Shown one piece after another: positions 29,328 to 38,921 of a stretch of DNA of 64,000 bases. The notes under the pieces are model-generated. The model searched no databases. It was not told the DNA's origin and worked only from the letters and a program-made list of their open reading frames with translations. Position 1 is the stretch's first letter. Each line of letters begins with the position of its first letter. This stretch comes from Bacteroidales bacterium (lineage in GTDB: Bacteria > Bacteroidota > Bacteroidia > Bacteroidales > BM520): positions 140,062-204,061 of the forward strand of contig JAISNV010000001.1 of NCBI GenBank assembly GCA_031276035.1. Direction: 5' to 3'. The translations under genes were made by a program, and so were the position numbers.

Positions 29328-31634
29328 TTATCTTCGAATACTTTCCACCGGATTAGCATTTGCAGCTTTAACGCTTTCATATAATACTGTTAACAATGCA
29401 ATTAACAATGCAGTCGTACCACCGGCAAGAAACATCCATACTCGTAAATTGATATGTAACGGATAATCGCTCAACCAATTTGTCATAAAATACCAAATTA
29501 TGGGTATAGAAATTACAAAAGCAATTATAACCAGTATCAAGAAACTTTTTAGTAATTTTAGAATGATTTGATTATTATTTGAACCGAATATTTTACGTGT
29601 TGCTATTTCTCCAGAACGTTGGCGAATAAAGTAAACGGCCATTGCATATAATCCGAGAGTTGAAATAACAATAGCCATTATTGTAAATACAGACAATATT
29701 GTAGAAGTTTTCTTTTCACTGTTATACATTTCTTGAATTTTTGCGTCAATAAATTCGCCGGGGAAAACATCTCCTTCGGATATTTTTTCATAAACTGCTT
29801 TTACATCATTCAAAGCTTTAACAGGATCGCCTGTAACTTTTACAAGAAATGACCAAACATAAGCATATTCCCCCTTAAAGTTTTCGTAATAAACCATTGT
29901 AGGACCTATTTTATCTGCTACACTTCCGTATTGAAAATCTTTCATAATTCCTGCAATATTCTGTGGATCGCCCCACATTCTAACACTCAAAGTATCATAA
30001 GGCAATTCCATCTCTTTCATCGCAGTTTCATTAAACCAAATACCCCAATTCGGAATATGATTATCCTGAATGATTTCGAAACCCATCATTTTAAAATAAG
30101 CGGAATCACCGGCAAAAGTTTGAAAGCTTATACTTTTATCGTTGTATTTCATGGTATTATTATTTCCACGGTTCAACGGATAACCTTGTGCAAATGCAAC
30201 TTCTTCAACATTTGCCAGGCTTAGTAATTCGTTTTTAAATGTTTCTGCTTTCGGCATATCAAAAACCCTGTTACTAATATCAATAATGTTCTCAGTACTA
30301 TATCCCAATTGCGCATTAAGCATAAATCGTACCTGTAAAATCATAATCAAACTGCAAGTAATAAGTGCAATTGTAATTACATTTTGAATTGTGATAAAAA
30401 CTTTGCTGAAAACCAGCTTTGTTTTATGTACAAATGTACCTTTTACCACTTCAATAGGCTTAAAATTCGAAATAATAAGCGCCGGTATTAATCCGGAAAT
30501 TACCCCGATAATAAGAACAGCTAAAATTTGGACAGCAAGATACCCGAAAGTCATATCTCCGAAAATAGATAATTTGGTATCAAGCAGATTTCCTGCAGGT
30601 TTATCTAATCCGGATGCAATAAATAATGCAATAAGATATGCTATAAAGGTCATTATCAACGATTCTACAATCAGTTTCGTAAAAACCGACAGTCGTGAAG
30701 CACCTAATAATCTTCGTGTTGCCATTTCTTTAGCTCTGAAGCTCGATTGAGCAACCGTAAGATTTATATAATTTATGATAGCAAAAATTAAAATCAGCGC
30801 GCTTACCGAAATGAGAATCAACACTAATGTTTTATTACCATGATTAAATCCGTTTGTATATATATCGGAAAAATAAACATCTCTCATCGGAGTTAGTAAA
30901 ACTTTTTTCCAATGTCCCATCTCATATGGCCAATATATTTCATGAAAAAGATTTAACATATCAGGAATCTGGGCTTGAATGTTTGTTCCTTCTTTAGTAA
31001 GAATGAACATAACGCTACTGCCCGCATTGCTCATATCCGGATCAACTATACTTGAATTATAATTAGCAATTTGCTCCATTCTAATTAAAATATCGAAATC
31101 AGGAAATAATGATCTTTTAATATCTTTTATTACTCCGGTAATTTGCACTTCAACCCCATTAAGATTCATCGGTTTTCCCATGGGATCATCATTTCCGAAA
31201 ACCATATTGGCGAAAGATTCGGAAATAATAGCGCTGTTCATAGCAGTAAGCGCAGTTTTTTTGTCGCCGAGAGAAAGTCCAAAATCAAATAATTCAAAAA
31301 AAGTAGTATCGGCAAAAGTAACATTGGTATTATATTTATTATCTCCGACTACTGTGGGCATTCCCCATTCCGAAGTGCAAACACAAATTTTTTCAATTTC
31401 CGGATATCTATCTATCAAATGGTCTGCAAGTTTATATGCGCAGCCATAAACACTTTCATTTCCGAGAACATAAATTCTATCCGCTTTCGTTTGAAAGTTA
31501 TCGGTTGATAGTTCATTTTTTGTATAATTTGAAATTATGATAACAAAGGCCAATGATACAATTAATCCGAAAAGACAGATAAAACTGTATGCTTTGTTTC
31601 TCTTCCAAAATATTAATGAAGATTTTATTGACAT
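29328..31634 (-). CDS. ABC-transporter permease with a double FtsX/MacB-type module
   Basis: 768 aa with two repeats of [TM + large extracytoplasmic domain + 3 TM FtsX module]. The C-terminus '...VKAANANPVESIRR' is typical of this family. It lies 9 nt downstream of the ATPase gene. Confidence 0.85.
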   Translation of the reverse strand: MSIKSSLIFWKRNKAYSFICLFGLIVSLAFVIIISNYTKNELSTDNFQTKADRIYVLGNESVYGCAYKLADHLIDRYPEIEKICVCTSEWGMPTVVGDNKYNTNVTFADTTFFELFDFGLSLGDKKTALTAMNSAIISESFANMVFGNDDPMGKPMNLNGVEVQITGVIKDIKRSLFPDFDILIRMEQIANYNSSIVDPDMSNAGSSVMFILTKEGTNIQAQIPDMLNLFHEIYWPYEMGHWKKVLLTPMRDVYFSDIYTNGFNHGNKTLVLILISVSALILIFAIINYINLTVAQSSFRAKEMATRRLLGASRLSVFTKLIVESLIMTFIAYLIALFIASGLDKPAGNLLDTKLSIFGDMTFGYLAVQILAVLIIGVISGLIPALIISNFKPIEVVKGTFVHKTKLVFSKVFITIQNVITIALITCSLIMILQVRFMLNAQLGYSTENIIDISNRVFDMPKAETFKNELLSLANVEEVAFAQGYPLNRGNNNTMKYNDKSISFQTFAGDSAYFKMMGFEIIQDNHIPNWGIWFNETAMKEMELPYDTLSVRMWGDPQNIAGIMKDFQYGSVADKIGPTMVYYENFKGEYAYVWSFLVKVTGDPVKALNDVKAVYEKISEGDVFPGEFIDAKIQEMYNSEKKTSTILSVFTIMAIVISTLGLYAMAVYFIRQRSGEIATRKIFGSNNNQIILKLLKSFLILVIIAFVISIPIIWYFMTNWLSDYPLHINLRVWMFLAGGTTALLIALLTVLYESVKAANANPVESIRR

Positions 31635-31643
31635 ATAAAGAAT

Positions 31644-32324
31644 TTATAATTCGCTTTTTACATCAGTTACCAGCGCACCGTCGAACATGTTAAGAATACG
31701 ACGGGCATACGAAGAATCTTTTTGTGAGTGGGTAACCATAACAATTGTTGTTCCTTCACGGTTTAATTCCGTAAGAAGATCCATTACTTCCTTGCCGTTT
31801 TTAGAGTCGAGGTTTCCGGTAGGTTCATCGGCAAGTATTAATTTTGGTCCGGCAACTACGGCTCTAGCAATAGCAACACGTTGCTGCTGCCCGCCCGAAA
31901 GTTGTTGAGGAAAATGGTTTGCTCTGTGGCTGATATTCATTCTTTTCAAGATATCATTTACCATTTTTTTTCTTTGTGATGATTTGATTTTCAAGTAGAT
32001 TAAAGGAAGTTCAACATTTTCGAAAACATTTAATTCGTCTATAAGATTAAAACTTTGAAAAATAAATCCGATATTTCCTTTACGATATAGAGTACGGTCT
32101 TTTTCTTTTAGTGCTCCGACTTCTTTTCCTAGCAAGTTATATTTTCCTGAAGTCGGATTATCAAGCAATCCCAGAATATTTAACAATGTTGTTTTTCCGC
32201 AACCCGAGGGACCCATTATAGCTACAAATTCACCTTGATTAATTTCAAAAGATACACCATTAAGGGCAACTGTTTCAATTTCTTCCGTACGGAATACTTT
32301 AGTTAGATTTTCTACATGTAACAT
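31644..32324 (-). CDS. ABC-transporter ATP-binding protein, MacB/LolD subfamily
   Basis: 226 aa with Walker A 'GPSGCGKTT', signature 'LSGGQQQRVAIARA' and Walker B 'LILADEPT'. Confidence 0.95.
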   Translation of the reverse strand: MLHVENLTKVFRTEEIETVALNGVSFEINQGEFVAIMGPSGCGKTTLLNILGLLDNPTSGKYNLLGKEVGALKEKDRTLYRKGNIGFIFQSFNLIDELNVFENVELPLIYLKIKSSQRKKMVNDILKRMNISHRANHFPQQLSGGQQQRVAIARAVVAGPKLILADEPTGNLDSKNGKEVMDLLTELNREGTTIVMVTHSQKDSSYARRILNMFDGALVTDVKSEL

Positions 32325-32373
32325 AATATTTTATTTAATTAATATTGATTAAACTTTTTTACATGTACAGCAA

Positions 32374-32390
32374 ATGCCAAAAATGTGCCT
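32374..32390 (-). promoter_or_regulatory. Candidate sigma-54 promoter (-24 GGCAC / -12 GGCA)
   Basis: The minus strand reads aGGCACatttttGGCAt. The GG and GC dinucleotides have the canonical GG-N10-GC spacing, to compare with the consensus TGGCAC-N5-TTGCW. The element lies about 50 nt upstream of the ATPase ATG. Confidence 0.55.
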
Positions 32391-32490
32391 AAAAGTTAAA
32401 TCAAATAAAATCAATAAAATACCAAAGCGGAACATTATATTTATGTCAAATTTTTATACAAAATTGTTTGATTTCTTTACTTTTGAAATG

Positions 32491-32508
32491 TAAGTCCTGA
32501 CGGACTTA
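32491..32508. promoter_or_regulatory. Perfect palindrome TAAGTCC-TGAC-GGACTTA, either an enhancer-binding site or a terminator hairpin
   Basis: A 7-4-7 inverted repeat. It lies about 100-120 nt upstream of the sigma-54 element and about 70-85 nt downstream of the stop codon of the LtaS-like gene. Confidence 0.35.
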
Positions 32509-32576
32509 TATGAATCGGTGTAAACGAGGTGATAATTTTGCGGGTAATAATATTATATTTTACGAAACAGAAAGGG

Positions 32577-35030
32577 TTAAGGTTTTTCTTTATACAAATC
32601 AACTTTTAAATAAAAATTACTCATATAGAAATCGTTTAAATATCTATTCCAAATATAAATATTAAGTATATCCCCATTTAAATAAGAATAATTCTTCTTT
32701 TTAAAATCATAAGTAAAATTAAAAGACTCCCAATCATCATACTTACTATACGTGTTTGTATTCAATACGTTATTTGATCCCCAATATTTACTAGAATTAC
32801 TTTCTTTATCTTTTATTTCAGAAACAATGTATAATTGCTTTTCCGTTTTTGGGGCAATTGTATCTTTAATAAATAGATCAAACCCAAATTCAACTTTAAT
32901 ATTGTAAATATCATCCGGTATTTCAAATTTTAAAATATTAAATGGATATTTGATATTTCCAAAATACAAAGTATGTTCTTTCCCGTGATAAGTTGAGTTT
33001 TTTATTTGCGTTTTCGATTTATAATATTTTAAAACATCCTTAGTCTCAGTAATATCATAAAGATTTATTATATAATAATTTGCAGATGTAAATTCATTTT
33101 CAATTAATACATCATTTTCTATAACATATTTATCAATATTTTTATAAAGATTGCAAAAATTAAACAAATCATCATCATAAGAAAACACATCTAAAGACAA
33201 AACATTATTTTTATAATCGAATATACCTATTTGGTTTTTATAAATAAATTTATCATGATATATGATATCCGAAAGCATACGAGTTGTATTAAACTGAGGT
33301 GTAAATGTTTTGCTTCTGAAATACGATACTGTATCTAAGCCAGTGTTTAGCCATGCCACATTTTCCGGGGTAATAAAATTAAAATTATTTTTCATTAAGG
33401 ATACTAGTGACGGAGCAATATCTCTATGAGATACCAAAGCACTTATTTTTTTTGATTCCTTAATCATTGGCGACCAAATTATAAGCGGCACATGGCAGGC
33501 ACGCCAATAATCTTTGGTAGCAGAGTGGTTATGGTCGCCTGTAATTATAAAAACCGTATTCTCATATTCAGGTTTTTCTTTATATAAATTTATTAATTGC
33601 CGTAAACAATCATCAAAGTACATAAAGGATGCCCTTATCTGGAGAGCATTTTTAGATATTGTCTGATTTTGTTTAAGAACAATATTCCGGTATTTCTCAG
33701 CATAATAATCACTATTAGGATATTCGTACGGTGAATGTGTTGTTAATGTAAGATATACATCTAATCGTGGTTTATTGTCTGAAAAGTCTAAAATCTTAAA
33801 TGCTTCATTAAACAATGCATGATCATATAAACCCCAGAAATTTCTTTCATTATGAGTTTTATACATCTCATCATCAATATAATTATCAAACCCATTTAGT
33901 TCAAGAAAATAACTCATATCATCAAAACCTATCCAGCCACCGTATAAGAAAGATAGTTCGTAGCCATTATCTTTGTAAATCAGCGGGAAAGAGTTAAATT
34001 CCGGAGCGCTATTTTTCAAATCCATAAAACCTCTTTCACCAAAAGGCAAAGCACCAAAAACTGTCGGAAGTACATTTAAGGTCCTGTGAGAGGACGAAAA
34101 ACAATTTTCCCAATACAAACCTTCGGCAGCAAGAGAATCTAAAAATTGAGTAGCTGACGGATATAGACTATTTTCTCCGCATATAGTTCTACCCAAACCT
34201 TCAACAATTATAACTACAAAATTTGGTGGCTTTTCTGTAAAATCAAAATAATCCGATAATACATCTGGAGATCTATCTACGTGTAGAAAAGGAAATTCGG
34301 TTCCAATAAAATCATCCTCAGGAAAATATGATTGCAATTTTAACACTGCTTGATCAATATCGTCAATATCAAATTGATTATCTTTACTTCCTGTAAATAT
34401 ACTTTTTATAAAATAGTTGAACTTATTTGAAATAGTATAATAACTTGTATAAGAATTATAAAGTTTTGCAGGAACATCTTTTATAATAAAACTTAAGACA
34501 AGAATAAGCAGAAAAATAGATATAAATACTTTAGGCACTCTTATTTCCTTGCCGGAAATATATAAAAACGCCAAAGGAAAACCAATGAGAATAAGATATT
34601 CCCACCAAACCATTGATTTAGATGAAATTGCTATATTGATAATATCATTTAATGAATACATAATGAATACTCTATCAAGAGGTATTCCGGCAGTTAAGTA
34701 ATAATAAATCAATGCAATTGATATCAATACGAATAAAGAAAACAAAATTCGCAGAAACCATTTGGCACCTTTTTCTGAGAAAGCATTTATAAGTAAGAAA
34801 ACAGGAAAGATTAATATCGAATATCGTACAAAAACCAAAATATCAATAAATATTCCGTAAAAATTATTTAAACAATTTAAGCAAAATTCACCTTTTGCTA
34901 CTGATAGGAGAATAGTCTCAAGAAGCCTTATGTCAATGGCAATAAGTAAGAACCAAAATGCTATGTTTAAATAAGAAAGCAGGCTTTCTTTTATTAGCGA
35001 CAAAAATTTATTACTACAAATATTAGGCAT
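32577..35030 (-). CDS. Membrane-anchored sulfatase-superfamily transferase (LtaS/MdoB/EptA-like) with an extra C-terminal domain
   Basis: The start is taken at ATG 35030 ('MPNICSNKF...'). About 5 N-terminal TM helices are followed by an alkaline-phosphatase-fold core: 'FVVIIVEGLGR', '...SSSHRTLNVLPTVFG...' and 'VFIITGDHNH'. An Asn/Tyr/Lys-rich domain of about 230 aa of unknown type follows. Confidence 0.65.
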   Translation of the reverse strand: MPNICSNKFLSLIKESLLSYLNIAFWFLLIAIDIRLLETILLSVAKGEFCLNCLNNFYGIFIDILVFVRYSILIFPVFLLINAFSEKGAKWFLRILFSLFVLISIALIYYYLTAGIPLDRVFIMYSLNDIINIAISSKSMVWWEYLILIGFPLAFLYISGKEIRVPKVFISIFLLILVLSFIIKDVPAKLYNSYTSYYTISNKFNYFIKSIFTGSKDNQFDIDDIDQAVLKLQSYFPEDDFIGTEFPFLHVDRSPDVLSDYFDFTEKPPNFVVIIVEGLGRTICGENSLYPSATQFLDSLAAEGLYWENCFSSSHRTLNVLPTVFGALPFGERGFMDLKNSAPEFNSFPLIYKDNGYELSFLYGGWIGFDDMSYFLELNGFDNYIDDEMYKTHNERNFWGLYDHALFNEAFKILDFSDNKPRLDVYLTLTTHSPYEYPNSDYYAEKYRNIVLKQNQTISKNALQIRASFMYFDDCLRQLINLYKEKPEYENTVFIITGDHNHSATKDYWRACHVPLIIWSPMIKESKKISALVSHRDIAPSLVSLMKNNFNFITPENVAWLNTGLDTVSYFRSKTFTPQFNTTRMLSDIIYHDKFIYKNQIGIFDYKNNVLSLDVFSYDDDLFNFCNLYKNIDKYVIENDVLIENEFTSANYYIINLYDITETKDVLKYYKSKTQIKNSTYHGKEHTLYFGNIKYPFNILKFEIPDDIYNIKVEFGFDLFIKDTIAPKTEKQLYIVSEIKDKESNSSKYWGSNNVLNTNTYSKYDDWESFNFTYDFKKKNYSYLNGDILNIYIWNRYLNDFYMSNFYLKVDLYKEKP

Positions 35031-35057
35031 TTCGTAATTATTTTTTTTAAATAATTG

Positions 35058-35065
35058 CAAAGATA
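35058..35065 (-). promoter_or_regulatory. -7 box TATCTTTG for the LtaS-like gene
   Basis: Plus-strand CAAAGATA, 28 nt upstream of ATG 35030. It overlaps the TTG that begins the longest track ORF, which argues for the shorter start. Confidence 0.5.
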
Positions 35066-35243
35066 ATATTTTGTCTTGATAATAAGTTATGCGGATTATT
35101 TTGTGTAAAGAAAGAGTGTAAGAAAAAGAAATATTATCCTTTCAATTAATTTGAGAAACTCCATAAAATATAAAATACGGATTTATTAATAAAATTTCTC
35201 AATTTATTCAAATGAAGTATTGAAAAAGGTATTTGAAATCAAT

Positions 35244-37613
35244 CTAATCCTTCGAAAGATTTTCCATAGGATTACGAATAGATGCTTTGTAACTATTTAA
35301 GCTTACAACTGCAAGAATAATAGACACTATACACACTGCACACAAGATGTACACAAGAATTGAAATGTGTACTTTATCTATGAAACTTTTTTGCAGAAAA
35401 TGAGCTGCAATTATTGCTGCTGCAATTCCTATGATTACTGCAGGTATTATTGTCATCAAAATATTTTTGATAAATAATCCTTGAATATTAATAATAGTTG
35501 CGCCGTTAATTTTACGAATTGCAATTTCCGAGCGACGGCGATTGGTTTCGTCGTTTAAATACCCTATTAATCCTATGAGTGCTATAAGTAATGTTACTAT
35601 GCTACAGATAAGAACACTGGTGCGAAAAGTTCGGATAACATAAAATCCGGCTTTAAATTCTTCCTCGTAGTTTTTAACAATATAATGTTCATGGGTGATA
35701 AATTTTTCAAACACCGATCTTACATTTGCCATAATCCCCGGAGTTATACGGTGCATTTTAATTACAAAAATATAGTTGGAATTTTCGTCCGGCTCATAAA
35801 ATAATACTGACGGGCGAGTCTCTTTACTGAATCCGTCGGAACCTATATTAAAATCGCCAAAAACCCCGATGATCGTTTGATTCCCATGTTCTGAAACCAT
35901 AACATCTTTACCTACAACTCCATCATTCCAGCTCGCTTTTTCAGCCATCTTTTCAACAAAAGACTCACTAACAATCATCTGACCTAAGCCGGATTCTCCT
36001 TCAACAAAACCTTTTCCATCAATAATAGGAATTTCAAACACAGACAAGAAATTTTCATCAATGAAATATAAATCGGCAATATTGAATAATTCTTTTTCAT
36101 CATTTATTTCAGAAATATTATTTCCAGAAGCTTCACCCATCGGCAAAATAGTACAAAAAGCAACCTCTTTTACATCCGGCAGTTTTCTTAATTCCTGTGC
36201 AATATTATTTCTAACTTGCTTGCCTTGAATATATTCTTCAACAAATAATACATTTTCAAAAGAATAACCCTGATCGTCGCTAATAAGTTTATTGTATTGT
36301 AATCCGATTATTATCAATATTGTTATTAAAAAAGAAGTAGCTGCAACTTCAATGAATATTAATACAACTTTCCATCTTCTATGTGACTCTTTTGCTTTGC
36401 GAAAAGCTGCAGCTACCGGGATTTTTGAAAATAAATAGGATGGGACAAAGCCCGAAATAATAAAAATAATAGCACAAACCAATATAAGTATAAAGATTAT
36501 TTGTGGGGCAAATAAAGCCTGTATAGAAGTATCTAATAATTTTTCTATTGTGTTTTTTAATAGGATTATAGTTGTTGATGAAAGTATCAATGCCAAAATA
36601 AGATGTATAAAGGTTTCCATAAACATCAAACGTGATATGTTCACTCCCGAAGCGCCGTAACATTTGTGTACGGCAATTTCTTTAGTTCTGTTGACCAAGG
36701 AAGAAATCACAATCAGCGTATAATTTAAAATTGATGTTACCAAAAGTACGATTGCCAATACTCCTAAAATTAATATCAGCAACTTAACAACTTTATTATT
36801 TTGTGTATGAAGATCTCTTATATTTATCAGTGTATATCCGATTTTTATTCCGGCTTTAGTTAACATTTCCATATCTTGATTTCGCTCTTGCATAGCTAAA
36901 ATCTGTCCGGCAATAGATTCCGGTTTAACCCCTTTCGCTAATTTCACATAGCTGCAATATCTATCATTACCTATCCAATTTTCAGAACCGTCATAATAGC
37001 CCAAAGCAGAAATTGATTTCAAAGAAACTACTATATCATAATTTATATTAGCATTTTCCGGAATATCTTCAAAAACGCCGGCAATTGTTATTTGTCTGCT
37101 GCTATTAATATTAAAGGTAAATGTTTGTCCGATAACATTATCAATCCCTATTTTCTCCGCAATACTTCTCGAAACCAAACACTGCATCGGTTGAGATAAA
37201 ATTTCTTTCGGATTACCGATAAGAATCGGTCGCGATAAAACATCAAATACATTTTCATCTGCAAGATATACTTCTGCGGAAATGTAATCTTTATTTTCTG
37301 TATAAATTCCGAATCCTGTGACTGTTATGCGGGTTGCGCTCTCAACTTCCGGGATTTCATTTTTCATTCCCCATGCAATTGCACCCGGGGTCGAATTATA
37401 ACTATCCATTTCGGAATCATCGTATTTATAGTTAGAATAAATGCGATAGATGCGGTCGCTATCTGGATAAAAACGATCGTAACTTAACTCGAAGATAATT
37501 TTTGCAATGAGAACAAGAGCAACGGTTAATCCGATAGCTAAGGATAGAATTTTGGTTATGTTGTTTCCTTTTCTACGAAATGTATTTCGTAATGCAATAT
37601 TCAGGTTAGTCAT
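35244..37613 (-). CDS. ABC-transporter permease with a double FtsX/MacB-type module
   Basis: 789 aa with the same two-module architecture as 29328-31634. The C-terminus is '...YKASIRNPMENLSKD'. Confidence 0.85.
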   Translation of the reverse strand: MTNLNIALRNTFRRKGNNITKILSLAIGLTVALVLIAKIIFELSYDRFYPDSDRIYRIYSNYKYDDSEMDSYNSTPGAIAWGMKNEIPEVESATRITVTGFGIYTENKDYISAEVYLADENVFDVLSRPILIGNPKEILSQPMQCLVSRSIAEKIGIDNVIGQTFTFNINSSRQITIAGVFEDIPENANINYDIVVSLKSISALGYYDGSENWIGNDRYCSYVKLAKGVKPESIAGQILAMQERNQDMEMLTKAGIKIGYTLINIRDLHTQNNKVVKLLILILGVLAIVLLVTSILNYTLIVISSLVNRTKEIAVHKCYGASGVNISRLMFMETFIHLILALILSSTTIILLKNTIEKLLDTSIQALFAPQIIFILILVCAIIFIISGFVPSYLFSKIPVAAAFRKAKESHRRWKVVLIFIEVAATSFLITILIIIGLQYNKLISDDQGYSFENVLFVEEYIQGKQVRNNIAQELRKLPDVKEVAFCTILPMGEASGNNISEINDEKELFNIADLYFIDENFLSVFEIPIIDGKGFVEGESGLGQMIVSESFVEKMAEKASWNDGVVGKDVMVSEHGNQTIIGVFGDFNIGSDGFSKETRPSVLFYEPDENSNYIFVIKMHRITPGIMANVRSVFEKFITHEHYIVKNYEEEFKAGFYVIRTFRTSVLICSIVTLLIALIGLIGYLNDETNRRRSEIAIRKINGATIINIQGLFIKNILMTIIPAVIIGIAAAIIAAHFLQKSFIDKVHISILVYILCAVCIVSIILAVVSLNSYKASIRNPMENLSKD

Positions 37614-37655
37614 AAGAGTTAAGATTTAAAATAAAAATTATAATTTAATCATTCA

Positions 37656-38906
37656 TTAATTCAGAATCAGCACATCATTATCTCCATAATTATCGTATCC
37701 CGAAATAATTACCTTTTCACCGGGTTCAAGCCCTTCCAAAACCTCATAATAATTCGGGTTTTGCCTTCCGATTCTGATATTGCGTTTTGTTGCCTTAGTG
37801 CCTTCGGAATTGATTACGTAAATCCATGCGCCGCCGGTTTTGTGATAGAAATTACCACGGGGTATAATTAAAGCTTCTGTAGGCAATCCTAATTCAAGAT
37901 TTATGTAATATGTTTGTCCCGTACGAATGTTTTCAGGACGTTCGCCCGTAAATTGAAAATCTGTTCTGAACTGTCCGCCGCGAACATCAGGATAAACTTT
38001 GCTGACAACAACGGGATATTTCACGGATTGTCTTTCAAAGCTTCCGTTTAATCCGAAACGCACTCTATCAATATAATGTTCATCTATCATTGCTTCTATC
38101 TTATAATCGGAAAGATCATTAATTTGACCGATATTTGCGCCGGAATGCAAAGACTGTCCGAGAACAACTTCAAGATTTCCAAGTTGTCCGTTGATAGGAG
38201 ATTTCACATTGAGATTATCTTCCCTCTGGCGAATTAAAATCATGCTGCGGCGCATGCTTTCCAAGCTCTCTTCCATATTTTCAATCTGGATTGTTCTGTA
38301 AATTGAATCTTGTTTTTGTCGAGCCAAAACCAAATCGCGACTACTCATAGAAAATTCATAATCTTCCTTAGCCTGTAAATAATCTTCCAGAGAAATCAGT
38401 TTTTCATCATACAGTTTTTCATACTGTTTATTTTTCCTCTCTTTTCTTTCAACATCAAGATTAAGTTGTAAACGATTTTGCTCAAGGTCTAATTTCTGTT
38501 TTTCCATTTCGACAATTGTATTCCGAAGAAAATTTTCTTTCTCAGCCAAAGATGCCTCACTTTCGAGAATCGACAGAGCAAGTTGCGGATTACTTAAATG
38601 AAGAATAACATCGCCTTTTTTTACCATCCCGCCTTCTTCAATAACAATTTCATCGACCATTCCGCCTTCGAGCGGACTAAGTTGTAAAGTTGTAATAGGT
38701 TGAACCTGCCCATTTACACGAACATAATCATTAAACAACCCTTTTTCCACAGTACCTGTTAAAATCATTCTTCCGTCAACTTTCAATTTCGATTGATGAT
38801 CGCCGAAAATCAGCCAAGAAACAAAAGCTATAACAAATACACCTCCTAAAATATAGGGAATATGTTTTCTCTTAATACCTTTTTTCTTTTCAATTACTCT
38901 ATCCAT
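37656..38906 (-). CDS. Periplasmic adaptor (HlyD/MacA family)
   Basis: 416 aa with an N-terminal TM, a lipoyl-like 'VKKGDVILHL', a long coiled coil and beta-barrel C-terminal domains. Confidence 0.82.
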   Translation of the reverse strand: MDRVIEKKKGIKRKHIPYILGGVFVIAFVSWLIFGDHQSKLKVDGRMILTGTVEKGLFNDYVRVNGQVQPITTLQLSPLEGGMVDEIVIEEGGMVKKGDVILHLSNPQLALSILESEASLAEKENFLRNTIVEMEKQKLDLEQNRLQLNLDVERKERKNKQYEKLYDEKLISLEDYLQAKEDYEFSMSSRDLVLARQKQDSIYRTIQIENMEESLESMRRSMILIRQREDNLNVKSPINGQLGNLEVVLGQSLHSGANIGQINDLSDYKIEAMIDEHYIDRVRFGLNGSFERQSVKYPVVVSKVYPDVRGGQFRTDFQFTGERPENIRTGQTYYINLELGLPTEALIIPRGNFYHKTGGAWIYVINSEGTKATKRNIRIGRQNPNYYEVLEGLEPGEKVIISGYDNYGDNDVLILN

Positions 38907-38921
38907 CGTATTATTTTTTAA

